A stretch of 63,436 bases of DNA, filler included, from Octopus bimaculoides (taxonomy: Eukaryota): assembly GCF_001194135.2 (NCBI RefSeq). It is 4 parts of 3 records of this genome, joined end to end, with 100 filler letters (N's around TTAATTAATTAA, not from the genome) between each part and the next. Parts side by side here need not be neighbours in the genome. Positions count along the whole stretch, not along the records: positions 31,566 to 47,054 come from NC_068986.1; positions 47,155 to 61,186 come from NC_068987.1; 2 more parts are not named here. The stretch is one strand, 5' to 3'. Shown here piece by piece: positions 40,071-52,238 of the stretch. How positions within the stretch are numbered: the first letter of the stretch is position 1; every line of letters starts with the position of its first letter. The position numbers and the translations under genes are program-made. Below the pieces are notes generated by a model. That model saw only the letters and a program-made list of their open reading frames with translations, ran no database searches and was not told where the DNA came from.

Positions 40071-41272
40071 ACTCACTTAATATAATTATCTCGTTTTTGT
40101 ATCGGTTTTGTACTTTTAACTTTGAAAGAAATTATCCCGGATTCGTGTAACCAAAAAGTATAGCGAGTTAAAAATATACATTCCACCTCAAATGGTGACA
40201 ACAAATAATAGATTTAATTTCTGACAATCAAATAGCGAAGTTATTTCAATATCTAATATGCTGTCAATATTCTAAGCTTTCTACAATACGTCGGCCGAGC
40301 ATTGAGGATTGCTGAGAACGACGCCAGATTGATGTTGAAAAAAATTTCTGACGTGTGCCTTCATTTATTAATAGTCTAATTGAAAGCGTTTAAAATGATC
40401 ATCATCAAATTTGCTATTTCTGACATAGTTTCATCCCAAGAAATGTGAACTTCTAAAGAGATTCGTCTTTGATTATTATCGGAAATACATTTAATGTTTT
40501 TTTTTTTACATATGGCAACATTATTATTAATGTGTTAACTGCTTTGTGAGCACTTTTCAAATATTGTAGCAAATAAGGCATCACACTATTTGCATTCAAT
40601 ATGTATGTAGTGATGTAAATATACTTTAGTGGTTGAGACTCCTTTCTGCATTAATGTGTGACAGCAGCTGAGTGAAATAGCTAAGAAACAGTAACCTCAA
40701 AAACAATTTCATATGCGGTTGCATTTCTAGTATACAATGGTGGTGATTATAACACAAGACGATAATTTAATTTAATTTTGTACCTTTCTGCTTCTTAACA
40801 CAGTTGTATTGATTTACTATACTAGCGTGGTGAAATTTAAGTGTCTTTCTTCTAACGAGTGAAAAGTTAACGTTTCTTAATGGAGATGGAGAGAAATGTA
40901 TCAGTAATAATGCATGTAGTTTCTGATTGCTTAGAGAGAAGAAATAAAACAAATTAGGTGACACTCTGTGTATTGCTTACATTTCGGATTGAAATTACAG
41001 GGTATCTCACACTTGAATAACTGAGAGCGAAGTGGAAATATTTAGCATTACACATATCTGTTAAATGACATACCACATAAAAAATACATTTCTCAACATA
41101 TTCTTCAGCATTACAAAAGTGTTTAGGCCATCAACTGGAATCTTATTGTAAATATAGGTCGCTACAAGGTAAACATACGAATGGTCTGTTATTCAGGATT
41201 CATATTCCTTTATTAGTCTATTTTAATACTAATTTTTTCTCTGACTATCTCTACCTCCCTCCCACGTGTGTG

Positions 41273-41317
<45 letters not shown>

Positions 41318-41718
41318 NNNNNNNNNNNNNNNNNNNNNNNNNNNNNNNNNNNNNNNNNNNNNNNNNNNNNNNNNNNNNNNNNNNNNNNNNNNNNNNNNNN
41401 NNNNNNNNNNNNNNNNNNNNNNNNNNNNNNNNNNNNNNNNNNNNNNNNNNNNNNNNNNNNNNNNNNNNNNNNNNNNNNNNNNNNNNNNNNNNNNNNNNNN
41501 NNNNNNNNNNNNNNNNNNNNNNNNNNNNNNNNNNNNNNNNNNNNNNNNNNNNNNNNNNNNNNNNNNNNNNNNNNNNNNNNNNNNNNNNNNNNNNNNNNNN
41601 NNNNNNNNNNNNNNNNNNNNNNNNNNNNNNNNNNNNNNNNNNNNNNNNNNNNNNNNNNNNNNNNNNNNNNNNNNNNNNNNNNNNNNNNNNNNNNNNNNNN
41701 NNNNNNNNNNNNNNNNNN

Positions 41719-41907
41719 GTGTTTGTCCCCCCACCATCGCTTGACAACTGATGCTGGTGTATTTACGTCCCCGTAAATTGGCGATTCGGCAAAAGTGCCC
41801 GATAGAATAAGTACTAGGCTTATAAAGAATAAGTCATTGTGTCGATTTACTCGACTAAAGGCAGTGCTCCAGAATGGCGGCAGTCTGAAATGACTGAAAC
41901 AATAAAG
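41719..41907 (+). mobile_element. SINE family B, 3' half after a gap
   Basis: GTGTTTGTCCCCCCACCATCGCTTGACAAC...TGACTGAAACAATAAA. Confidence 0.9.
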
Positions 41908-43375
41908 GAATATATATATATATTTATATGGATGGATGGATGGTTGTATGCGTCTGTGTATGTATTTATATAATATTGATAGTCAATTTTTTATTGACAA
42001 TTTGTTTAATTTAGAAAATGTTGGGTATATTTCGAATTTTTTGTTTCTTTTATATATAAACACAGATAGTACAATAACTACACCACTGGATAGATTAAAA
42101 GGGGAAAAATTAATTAATGGAATTTGCATGCTGTTCTAATGATAAACTACATTGGTGAAAAAAAAACAATACACAATCTCTTCTTCTAATCAGTAGAGAA
42201 CATCAATTAGGAATGACGTTTGCTGTATTGGTTTAAAATCGAAGTAAAATAAACATGTGTTTCTCAGCTATTTTATCAAGTGCCAACAAAGAGTGAACGA
42301 ACTATTTACACATTCGAATAACGTACACGTTAGAAATAAATTTAATTACTTTGATAAAGCAACGAAATAATTACAAATTTCCAAAGAAGCAAACACACAC
42401 ATCATTAACGAATTCTCAGTTTTCGAATTAGTTTAAATTATTTCCACAGAAATTTCGAAATAGCAATTTCAGTTTGAAATAATAAAAAAAAAAAACCTTA
42501 TCTTAGACAAATTGTCTTCAAATAAAAAGTCCTTTAGTGTTGTTGATTATTTTTTCACTAAAGTTTTCGGTAACTACGTTAATCATCCTATACATTAGCA
42601 TATGAGATTGGGAGAATCCCTTGCGATATTAGTCATTCATTTCGTGTGTACAAGAAGAAATTTTAGCCAAAATCGTTGGATGCATTCAAGGTAGCATGGC
42701 AGCTACTGTAAATTGTTATGAACACCTGTCATGTACAATATATACCGCAACGATATTTTACATCATATGAACGAAACAACAGTGATCCAAGGAATACGGC
42801 AGGAATTCAGAAAGCGATATAAATAAACGCTGTTAATATAAAGACAAATTTGTGAGGAATCTGTGTGTCACGTCAACACAGATTTAATTGTATTTCGTTA
42901 TAATAAAATCAGAGTAATGATTTATGAATAGTAGGATTTGTTAAGCATGAGTGATAATAAATCACAAATCAATTGATATGTATGTATGTATGTATGTATG
43001 TATCTATCTATCTATCTATCTATACAAAACTGAATATATGTAGACTGTATATATATNNNNNNNNNNNNNNNNNNNNNNNNNNNNNNNNNNNNNNNNNNNN
43101 NNNNNNNNNNNNNNNNNNNNNNNNNNNNNNNNNNNNNNNNNNNNNNNNNNNNNNNNNNNNNNNNNNNNNNNNNNNNNNNNNNNNNNNNNNNNNNNNNNNN
43201 NNNNNNNNNNNNNNNNNNNNNNNNNNNNNNNNNNNNNNNNNNNNNNNNNNNNNNNNNNNNNNNNNNNNNNNNNNNNNNNNNNNNNNNNNNNNNNNNNNNN
43301 NNNNNNNNNNNNNNNNNNNNNNNNNNNNNNNNNNNNNNNNNNNNNNNNNNNNNNNNNNNNTATATATATATATAT

Positions 43376-43900
43376 TACTTGTGTATTTAAAAGCGACCAC
43401 TAAGTGGTCTGTTAATATGCTAGAAAAAGATCACTTAAAAAATTCTCAAAGAAAGATTCAGTGGAGCAAAAACAGACGGGCAAGACCAGTGAAAAATTAT
43501 ATATACCTCGGATATATGTAGATTATAGTTTCAAAATCAATACTTTCTAATGAATGTATCTATTTATCATCAGTACATATTGCCGATGTTATTATAATTG
43601 AACAGAATCTCGTGCTAGTTGTCTCCAACCAGTGAAAACGTGCACGTGATTCTATCTATTATAAAGAGTAAAATTGGCGCGCTGAATCCAGAAAAACCTC
43701 TGCAGAAAATAATTTCTGCTTTGAATTTACCAACTTTGAGAAATCTGATTATGGTTAATTAATATAAAAGAGTAAAAATTCGATATTAATTAATATCAAT
43801 TTAATACCAGGAAACTAGCACATTAAAAGAATCAGAAGGTTCATAAAAAAATTTTCGTAGATCCTAAAAGGATTAGTGGTCGCTTTTATATATACAAGTA
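43376..43900. mobile_element. Putative MITE with 28-bp TIRs (TA-flanked, Tc1/mariner-like ends)
   Basis: TACTTGTGTATTTAAAAGCGACCACTAA (43376-43403) and TTAGTGGTCGCTTTTATATATACAAGTA (43873-43900) are 26/28 reverse complementary. Confidence 0.6.
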
Positions 43901-44021
43901 CTATAATCCTTTTAGGATCGGGAAAATTTATTTCTGAACCTTCTGATTCTTTTGATGTGCTAGTTTCTTGGTATTAAATCGATATTAATTAATATCGAAT
44001 TTTTACCCTATTATGTTAATT
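43757..44021. repeat. Long inverted repeat: ~119-bp arms, 28-nt spacer
   Basis: Arm 43757-43875 pairs with arm 43904-44021. Each arm contains the internal palindromes GATATTAATTAATATC and ATCCT-AAA-AGGAT (or its complement). Confidence 0.93.
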
Positions 44022-46544
44022 ATATATATATGTGAGTAAAAATAAATACAAAAAAGGGTTTTGTATGATCGTGTATAGAGGAGTATATTATTTTATTTAA
44101 AAGAGTTCCAGCTCTGTCTGTTTTTTTTATGTTTTATTTATATTCTTGTGAAATTAATGTGGGATATAGAATATGGAATATATAATATATAATATAAAAA
44201 TGGATGGTACAATGAAATGAAGTATTGAATGTCATTGAAGTAATTCTTATATTGTTTATAGTTAACGATGGGAATTGCTCCCTTCATCTATCATGTTCCA
44301 TAAGTAAATAAATCTCTCTAAGTAGTAACTGTAATAGTAGTTGCAGTTTAACTACGAATAGAATGATTTTTTTTTTCTTTTTACTGTTAACTTCTGACAG
44401 ATAAATATTACGTAAATCTATTTTGTGTCTACTCATAGCCAATTTTACATTTGGGGACATGCATTAAACTACGTAGCTACAATTCATTGGTCTTTTAGGA
44501 GATAAGATGGAAAATAGCATGGATACTGGTTTGGAAAGATAAGAATTTCCAACGAAGATAGAGTTGAAGTATTAACTGAATAAATAAAGTTATCGTAAAT
44601 AAATTATTTTCGTGTAAATTTATAAAATAACAAGTCTATTAATGTCAAACACCCAACGGTTTCAGCAAGGAATATCGAATGCATGTATAACCAATTTATG
44701 AGAGCTATATCGATATAACTTTCTGCTCACTCATTTATGCGCATGGAAATTTCCACGAACATATTTAAATTCAATATGAAGAATGAAATCTCATAATTTT
44801 TAAAGGTTAAAACAAATCCCTTTCCTCCGAAGGATAAGGCACTGCAGAAATTACACAAATATATTATCAACTTATTCATACATCATAGGCTTTATGGTGA
44901 AATGCTTATCTTTAACATATCGAGAATGGACCAAAATGTACATTGAGTAATGCATTTTGCCAGTGAAACTAGTAAGGTGTGTATAAATATTGAATTATAT
45001 AGCATGTACGTTAATACTGAGAGACCTAATAATTACGTCGCCGCACTGTTCCTTTGAATAAATGGTTCGCAGTTCCTATAGTTGTGTTTGAAACATATGG
45101 AATATTCACGGCTGCAGCACATTGTAACAATTGTTCTAGAAACATGAACACAAAACGTACAATTATAATGACTATCGCATCGCTTAAGGTGTGGATACCA
45201 CCACGCACTGCTTAACAAGGAACATTTCTTAATACGTAACGTGTAAATAATTAACTTATTATGGCTCACGCTTTCGCATAAACGTAGGAATACATATGCA
45301 TACACGCGCACATACAAACAGCACATATAATATTACATCTTATGAATATTCTGGCACGCACACTAAAAACAAAAGCTCTACCTGAAATAATAAGTAAATT
45401 TATCTTGTCAACGATGATTTGCATATGACATTCGTTAATCACAAAGATAATCGTGTGTTAGCCTTAGGATATGATAAACGGTTTCTAATCATATTATCCT
45501 TCGTGGCTCACATATTATGTGTTATTGTCTTTATTTTCTTCTATACAAGAAGCAAAATGAAGCATAGTATTATTGTTGTGAACAATTATCTATGCAATTT
45601 ATATTCAAAACAATAGTGAAGAGCTTCGGGCAGTTTAAATTTTGTTTTAGGAAGATACTCGCACAAAATTATTATTCACAAAAAATACTAACAATTCCAT
45701 AGGCAGATTATATGAATTTGGTTCGATATCATCTATGTTATTATAAATGGACAAACATTATTAATACTACACCGATCCATAGAAGTGATAATGCATGGAG
45801 TCGGCGCCTGTCCTAAGGTATTTCTTGTATGCAAGCTAGATTTAAATTTGCCACATAACTCAAATAAAAAGAAAACAAAATAGAGAAATTAATTTAAACA
45901 AATTTTACAGCATGTAATAATTATTTTATAGTAAAAGAAAATCGGTATGATGTGGAGATTTTCATATGCCGAAAATAATGTACTTGTTAATTAGCCTGCA
46001 AAAATTGAAATTTAATCGAATTATTCAGAGAAGCAGCCTCTTTTAATGGATTAAACATCGAGAACAATTGATACATTTCATAAAATTAATGACTTTATTA
46101 TTTAGCAAAATAGAAATTTAAGTGCATATTCGCGTTGTTAAAGTTTGTCATGTGATAAGTTTTGATCATATATATGATACTTCTACATCCTAGCTATATT
46201 CACCTTAACAGCAAGGAAATGATAGTTTAAACACATGGCAGCATATCTGCTTCTCACAAGTAATTACATAGAGCGTTCTCCACAATTAAAACCACCCTGA
46301 ACAGTAACAATATTCTAGTTCATTGTCAAAGATTCTGTCACTAAACCACTACTCTTCAAGGGATATAACTTCTCAGCTTGACTTCTCTATATCTGCTCTA
46401 ACAGCCATCAAATCTCATAATAAAATGCATACCACTATCAACAAAGCAAAGGCAAAGAACAAATCATTGTAAGCGATGGTCATTGTATTGAGAAAAGTGT
46501 ATTTTTTACTAGTTGAACTAAGTTCTTACATCACCTATCAATTA

Positions 46545-46595
46545 ACGCATGCGCAGAAGTACAGATCGTGAAATGGTCGAGTTTATTCACGTGGT
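46545..46595. promoter_or_regulatory. NRF1-like ACGCATGCGCA plus E-box CACGTG in a TE-poor stretch
   Basis: Motifs at 46545-46555 and 46588-46593; motif match only. Confidence 0.25.
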
Positions 46596-47054
46596 AGATA
46601 TATGCAATTTAACTAAAGGTTGTACGGGATTTTCTTTTTCTGTTTATGATAAAAATGGAAAAAAATAAGAGCGAATATTTATTCAATGAGGGCTGTGTAT
46701 TAGACCTATGAAATTGTACATAAAGTATATGAAATATATATATAAAGTGCATTAAGTAAACATCGTATTCCAATTTCATTCACATTTCAATGAATAGCAG
46801 AGAAGCGACTATATTTCCATACAGACACTACACAGGCTACGCTTTCATTTTGTTGTTGTTTTTGCATGAAGTTTTCAGAAATAATCCAATAGGTTTACTA
46901 TTAATTCCGTGAAATATTCATAGGTCCCGCTGGTATTACATTATATACTTAATCCTTCTTTGCACAACAGATCCCTTTCAGAGTCTCTATATAAGCATAC
47001 TTATGCATACATACAGACATATATATTCATTACCCTCCCATATATATATATATA

Positions 47055-47154
47055 NNNNNNNNNNNNNNNNNNNNNNNNNNNNNNNNNNNNNNNNNNNNTT
47101 AATTAATTAANNNNNNNNNNNNNNNNNNNNNNNNNNNNNNNNNNNNNNNNNNNN
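47055..47154. other. Artificial scaffolding linker (44 N + TTAATTAATTAA + 44 N)
   Basis: Same 100-bp layout as 31466 and 61187. Confidence 0.95.
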
Positions 47155-47185
47155 ATATGTATATATATATATATATGTATCTATG

Positions 47186-47219
<34 letters not shown>

Positions 47220-47363
47220 TGTATGAATGTATGTATATAAGCATGTTGGTCGGTGTGTAGATATGTAGGTTGGTTAGAAAAGAGAGGATGAGACAAATAA
47301 TTTATTTACAGAAAGAAAATAATCGAGATTTTGGAAAACAGAGAAAGGCATGCAGACAGATAA

Positions 47364-47431
<68 letters not shown>

Positions 47432-47683
47432 TGAGAAAGAATGAAGGGGAGACAGTAAGAGAGATATAGATTGGAAAGATAGGTGTACAAGCAGGCAGAC
47501 ATAGAATGATAGAAAGATAGATTTGATAGAGAGAGGGAGGAGAGATGGAGCGAAAGGGAGAGAGAATGTGTGTGTATTAAGAAATATGATACAAAAGAAC
47601 AAAATTGATGAATATAAGAATGGATAAAGTGAATGTAGTAAGAAAGGAAAAGAAGATGCAGAAAATGATAATAGGTTTGATGG

Positions 47684-47735
<52 letters not shown>

Positions 47736-48431
47736 NNNNNNNNNNNNNNNNNNNNNNNNNNNNNNNNNNNNNNNNNNNNNNNNNNNNNNNNNNNNNNNNN
47801 NNNNNNNNNNNNNNNNNNNNNNNNNNNNNNNNNNNNNNNNNNNNNNNNNNNNNNNNNNNNNNNNNNNNNNNNNNNNNNNNNNNNNNNNNNNNNNNNNNNN
47901 NNNNNNNNNNNNNNNNNNNNNNNNNNNNNNNNNNNNNNNNNNNNNNNNNNNNNNNNNNNNNNNNNNNNNNNNNNNNNNNNNNNNNNNNNNNNNNNNNNNN
48001 NNNNNNNNNNNNNNNNNNNNNNNNNNNNNNNNNNNNNNNNNNNNNNNNNNNNNNNNNNNNNNNNNNNNNNNNNNNNNNNNNNNNNNNNNNNNNNNNNNNN
48101 NNNNNNNNNNNNNNNNNNNNNNNNNNNNNNNNNNNNNNNNNNNNNNNNNNNNNNNNNNNNNNNNNNNNNNNNNNNNNNNNNNNNNNNNNNNNNNNNNNNN
48201 NNNNNNNNNNNNNNNNNNNNNNNNNNNNNNNNNNNNNNNNNNNNNNNNNNNNNNNNNNNNNNNNNNNNNNNNNNNNNNNNNNNNNNNGGCGGTGGTCGTC
48301 GTGTTGCTTGTTCTGCCGCTGTTATTACTATGAATCTAACATGCAGCAAGATGGCGGGTGACATAGAAACATTGTGAAAATGATTGTAAAATAACTAAAT
48401 AATAATAATAATAATAATAATAATGATAATC

Positions 48432-48466
<35 letters not shown>

Positions 48467-48906
48467 GAAAATGGCCGAATGACCCCACACGATTTTCATC
48501 CTTCAAATACTTGCATAACTGAATTGTGAATCCTTCTGGTATAAACGTTAGACTTCCTTAAAATTCCGAGTTGATGGTAGCAATGTTCGTGAGTAGAAGG
48601 AGGGATATATCGGGAGGAAGGGTTAGAGTGAAAAGGTTACGGTCATTGTCATAAAAGTAGTGTTATATCAGGTCATCCTGTTGACCTGTTTTATAAGAGA
48701 ACCAAACCAGCAAAAGCATCACTCTTGATATTTCCACTCACGTCTTGCCAAGCTGTCTCTCCGGCAGGAAATTATGCAAAGCAGAAAAAAGAAAAAACAA
48801 AAACAGAAAATTGAGCCACAGAGAGAGAGAGTGAGAAGAAGCGATACAGCAGAGAAGAGAGTGAGAAGAAGTAAGAGAGGGGAGGGAGAAGAGAGCAGAG
48901 TGAGAA

Positions 48907-48947
<41 letters not shown>

Positions 48948-48957
48948 NNNNNNNNNN

Positions 48958-48998
<41 letters not shown>

Positions 48999-49222
48999 AT
49001 TGAAGAAAGTTAGAAGGAGAGAGAAAGAGATGAAATGATTTAGTGAAGATGGAGATCGTGTTTCATCACAGCGCCATGATTCAGCCCACCGATCACGTCA
49101 GGGTATATGTGTGTATAGATGCACCTTGCCCCATTATTGCATTTATTAATGGAATGATACACGCACACAAACACACATATAAACATGTGTCCACAACACG
49201 TACTCACATACTCACACACGCA

Positions 49223-49255
<33 letters not shown>

Positions 49256-50839
49256 ACGTACGGCGATGACTTTACTGGCCGAAACATCGAAGTCACTGTC
49301 AACAATACATTCTTGTTTAAGAATAATGATGTTTGTTCTCTACAAAAGCATAGAGGACTCCATCAGATTAATGTCAAATCGTTTTGTAATAATAACATAA
49401 ACATACACATATAAATACACGTACATACATATATACAGGCATGTGTTTTTATGTATATATGTGTTTTTTGTGTGTTTGTGCGCACGCATGCTTGTGCGTA
49501 TAAGACAGACTTAGTGAATTCAGAATGTTGGTACTCAGAGTTGCACGAAGTCACCCACTTTATGTGTGCGGTTACCCCGTTGTTACAGCTTATATACCAC
49601 AAATGTGACAGTTGCCGGTCGGTATCTCAATGTGCCACTTATACTTTGGATCATTTTGATTGGAACTAATCGCGTCATTAGATTTTCATGACCTGCAAAA
49701 CTTCTGTCTCTTGAATGCTTTTATTTTAGAGTGGGGGTCATTCAGAATTGTTGTTTAAGGGTATCTACTCAGTGAGAATGAACCCTTTTCCAGGAAAGCA
49801 TTTAGGGGCAGTTGCATGACGCTTTATAGGACATTCATGAATCACATAAGTCAGAAATTATTGCCATTGCTTTCCATGAAAATTTAGCTGACACGACTGA
49901 ATCCATCTTCCGCTGAGCAGAGTAGAATTAAGAAGAGGAATGTTATCGAGTTTAATCCAGCGCATAGAGCCTCAGTTATACTAATTATATTACGTCGACG
50001 CTTTCATCCACGCAAAAATACTAAAATATTTTCAGTTCACCTGATCAAAACTTTATTTTTCTATTTTACATATAGGTAAAAAATGAAAGCATAAATCAAA
50101 CTCGATAAGCACAAACTGCCCCCACCAAAAGAAAGAGTAAAAAAATGCCACTATCGTATCAGCTGTTACTTTAAGGGGTTTTGTATCTTCTATCGACCAT
50201 AAGACCTCCAGACGCATAGACAGGATTTATACAGGTCTAATCATACTCATCGTCTCAGTGCACTTCTTCCAATATCTCCTCTCATCTCTGAGCAAGATCC
50301 TCAAAAGTTTTACAACTTTAAGAGAATTCATCCAGGATCTTGAGGACCGGGAGTTGATATGTAAGAAAGAATATTTGAAGAGTTTACGGAAATGATGATT
50401 CTTGCATAAACAAAAAACTGTAGATCTCGAAGCAACATGCAATGTTTCTTTTAAGCTGAGGTCCGATGTTTTATCGAATTATCGGAACGACCGAGATTAC
50501 GCTAACAATAACGATAATAAAACGTTAATTGCTATGATAATCGGCTTCTGGAGATATCTCTAAAACGCCTTTCAGACATAACTACGTGCAATGGCGATAA
50601 TTGTGTAGAACATTTTATTGAAAGCAATCGTGTGTTGCCTGTTATTTCTATGAGTCAGTGAAATTGTGTAGAGCTTCCCCTCTTGACTCGAATGCGTAGA
50701 TTCCTAAAATTGAATCCGTTTCTACGTTAAAGAATAAAATGATTTGTTTTCTGGTTGAAAGAAAAATCACTTGAAGTGTCACATTGGAGCATCAAAAAAC
50801 TCACACTACCTATACACAATTTGAAAAACTTTTCTTTTA

Positions 50840-51600
50840 CAGCCAAACTAGCTGCGCGCGTGCACATACACATTCGTATTTAACACGTTCGAGAGTATCC
50901 GGACGCGTGGACACCTTCCGCTGCGGAAAAATTCTCCTCGAAGACATGTGTGAGGACAGATAGAAAGGAATTCCAACCACGCTTCGTGGTTTGCTACCCC
51001 CAACAACTCCTTTATAGGATCCAGTGGTTAAAACATCAACAGGAGAAACCACGTCCGGTTTCGGTCCCTACTCCTCTACCGTTTTCGACGTGTCTTCAGC
51101 TCTGGAGGTGAGTGCGTTAGTTTCTTCGATGCAATGTCAACGAATTTCAGCAGGCGACTGACCATCCTGCCAAATTTCCCTTCAGCCAGCACCAGCTAAC
51201 TGTCACGTGACACTGTATAAGCTTCAACTGAGGGGAAGGGCGCATTATTTTAGCCCACATCCTCTCTAAACTTGACTTGCAACAGTGTTGTGTTAGTTTC
51301 AGTTCCAGCAGCCAGAGCCGAATGACGTCATTGGTTCGTGTGACGCAAAAGTTTGTACATTTTTTTCGTCTTAACAAATGCGAACATCAAATCTGACATT
51401 CATTGCCGAATGATCATCGTACATGAGGAAATGAAAGAGTGCAGACACGCATGCGTCCTACTATCCAGTGACGTAATTCTCATCCAAGCGTGTTGTCACG
51501 CACTTCGATTGGAGGAGAATTTCTTTTCCGGGACTTTTTTCTTACGGAAGTCCTTCTCGCGTCCACGTGGACTCGAAAGTATTAAATACAACGTTAGACG
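50840..51600 (-). promoter_or_regulatory. CpG-rich promoter-like island, probably driving a minus-strand transcript from about 50985
   Basis: TATAAAG on the minus strand at 51016-51010. Palindromes TGTCACGTGACA (51201-51212), AATGACGTCATT (CRE, 51321-51332), ACGCATGCGT (51447-51456) and GTCCACGTGGAC (51561-51572). CRE variants TGACGCAA (51341) and TGACGTAA (51469); CCAAT on the minus strand at 51330-51334 and 51508-51512; ETS CGGAAGT (51545). Possible minus-strand donor GT|GTGAGT near 50805. Confidence 0.6.
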
Positions 51601-52134
51601 AATGTATTTCAAGCAACACTACTTCGTGCGACTTTATGTGTATGTATGTATGTATGTATATATATATATATGTATGTGTATATATATATATATATGTATG
51701 TATATATATATATATATGTATGTATNNNNNNNNNNNNNNNNNNNNNNNNNNNNNNNNNNNNNNNNNNNNNNNNNNNNNNNNNNNNNNNNNNNNNNNNNNN
51801 NNNNNNNNNNNNNNNNNNNNNNNNNNNNNNNNNNNNNNNNNNNNNNNNNNNNNNNNNNNNNNNNNNNNNNNNNNNNNNNNNNNNNNNNNNNNNNNNNNNN
51901 NNNNNNNNNNNNNNNNNNNNNNNNNNNNNNNNNNNNNNNNNNNNNNNNTTTAATTGAGTTTTTACCTGTAATTTGGATTTTGTCCCTAATATTATTATTA
52001 TTATATATATATATATATTAGACACGCATACGTATTTATATTTATAAACTAACTCCAAGAAACAGCATGAGCATCCCTACAATTGTCTACAAAGATGTCA
52101 ATTGACGATTCACGTTGCTATTTCTTAGATACGT

Positions 52135-52186
52135 CGATGGTCGCAGTCAAATGACTGAAACAAGTAAAGGAATAAAAGAATAAAAA
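52135..52186 (+). mobile_element. SINE family B, extreme 3' end
   Basis: GATGGTCGCAGTCAAATGACTGAAACAAGTAAAGGAATAAAAGAATAAAA. Confidence 0.85.

Positions 52187-52238
<52 letters not shown>

Noticed and set aside
48351-48377. ATG GCG GGT GAC ATA GAA ACA TTG TGA = MAGDIETL*, resembling the MAGDIS uORF of mammalian AdoMetDC (AMD1); also a YY1-like AAGATGGCGG
   Set aside because: I found no downstream AdoMetDC N-terminus (FFEG.EKLLE.WF). An in-frame upstream ATG exists at 48330, and a 5-residue match is plausible by chance. It would be revived only if RNA-seq links it to an AMD1 CDS.
48669-48688. CAGGTCA-N6-TGACCTG inverted nuclear-receptor half-sites
   Set aside because: Non-canonical spacing and an isolated motif, with no supporting context.
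50141-50442. Overlapping open frames on both strands (plus: hydrophobic stretch and GTAAG donor at 50361; minus: 71 aa)
   Set aside because: No start codon on the plus frame, weak acceptors and no recognisable homology. Open stretches of this length are expected by chance.
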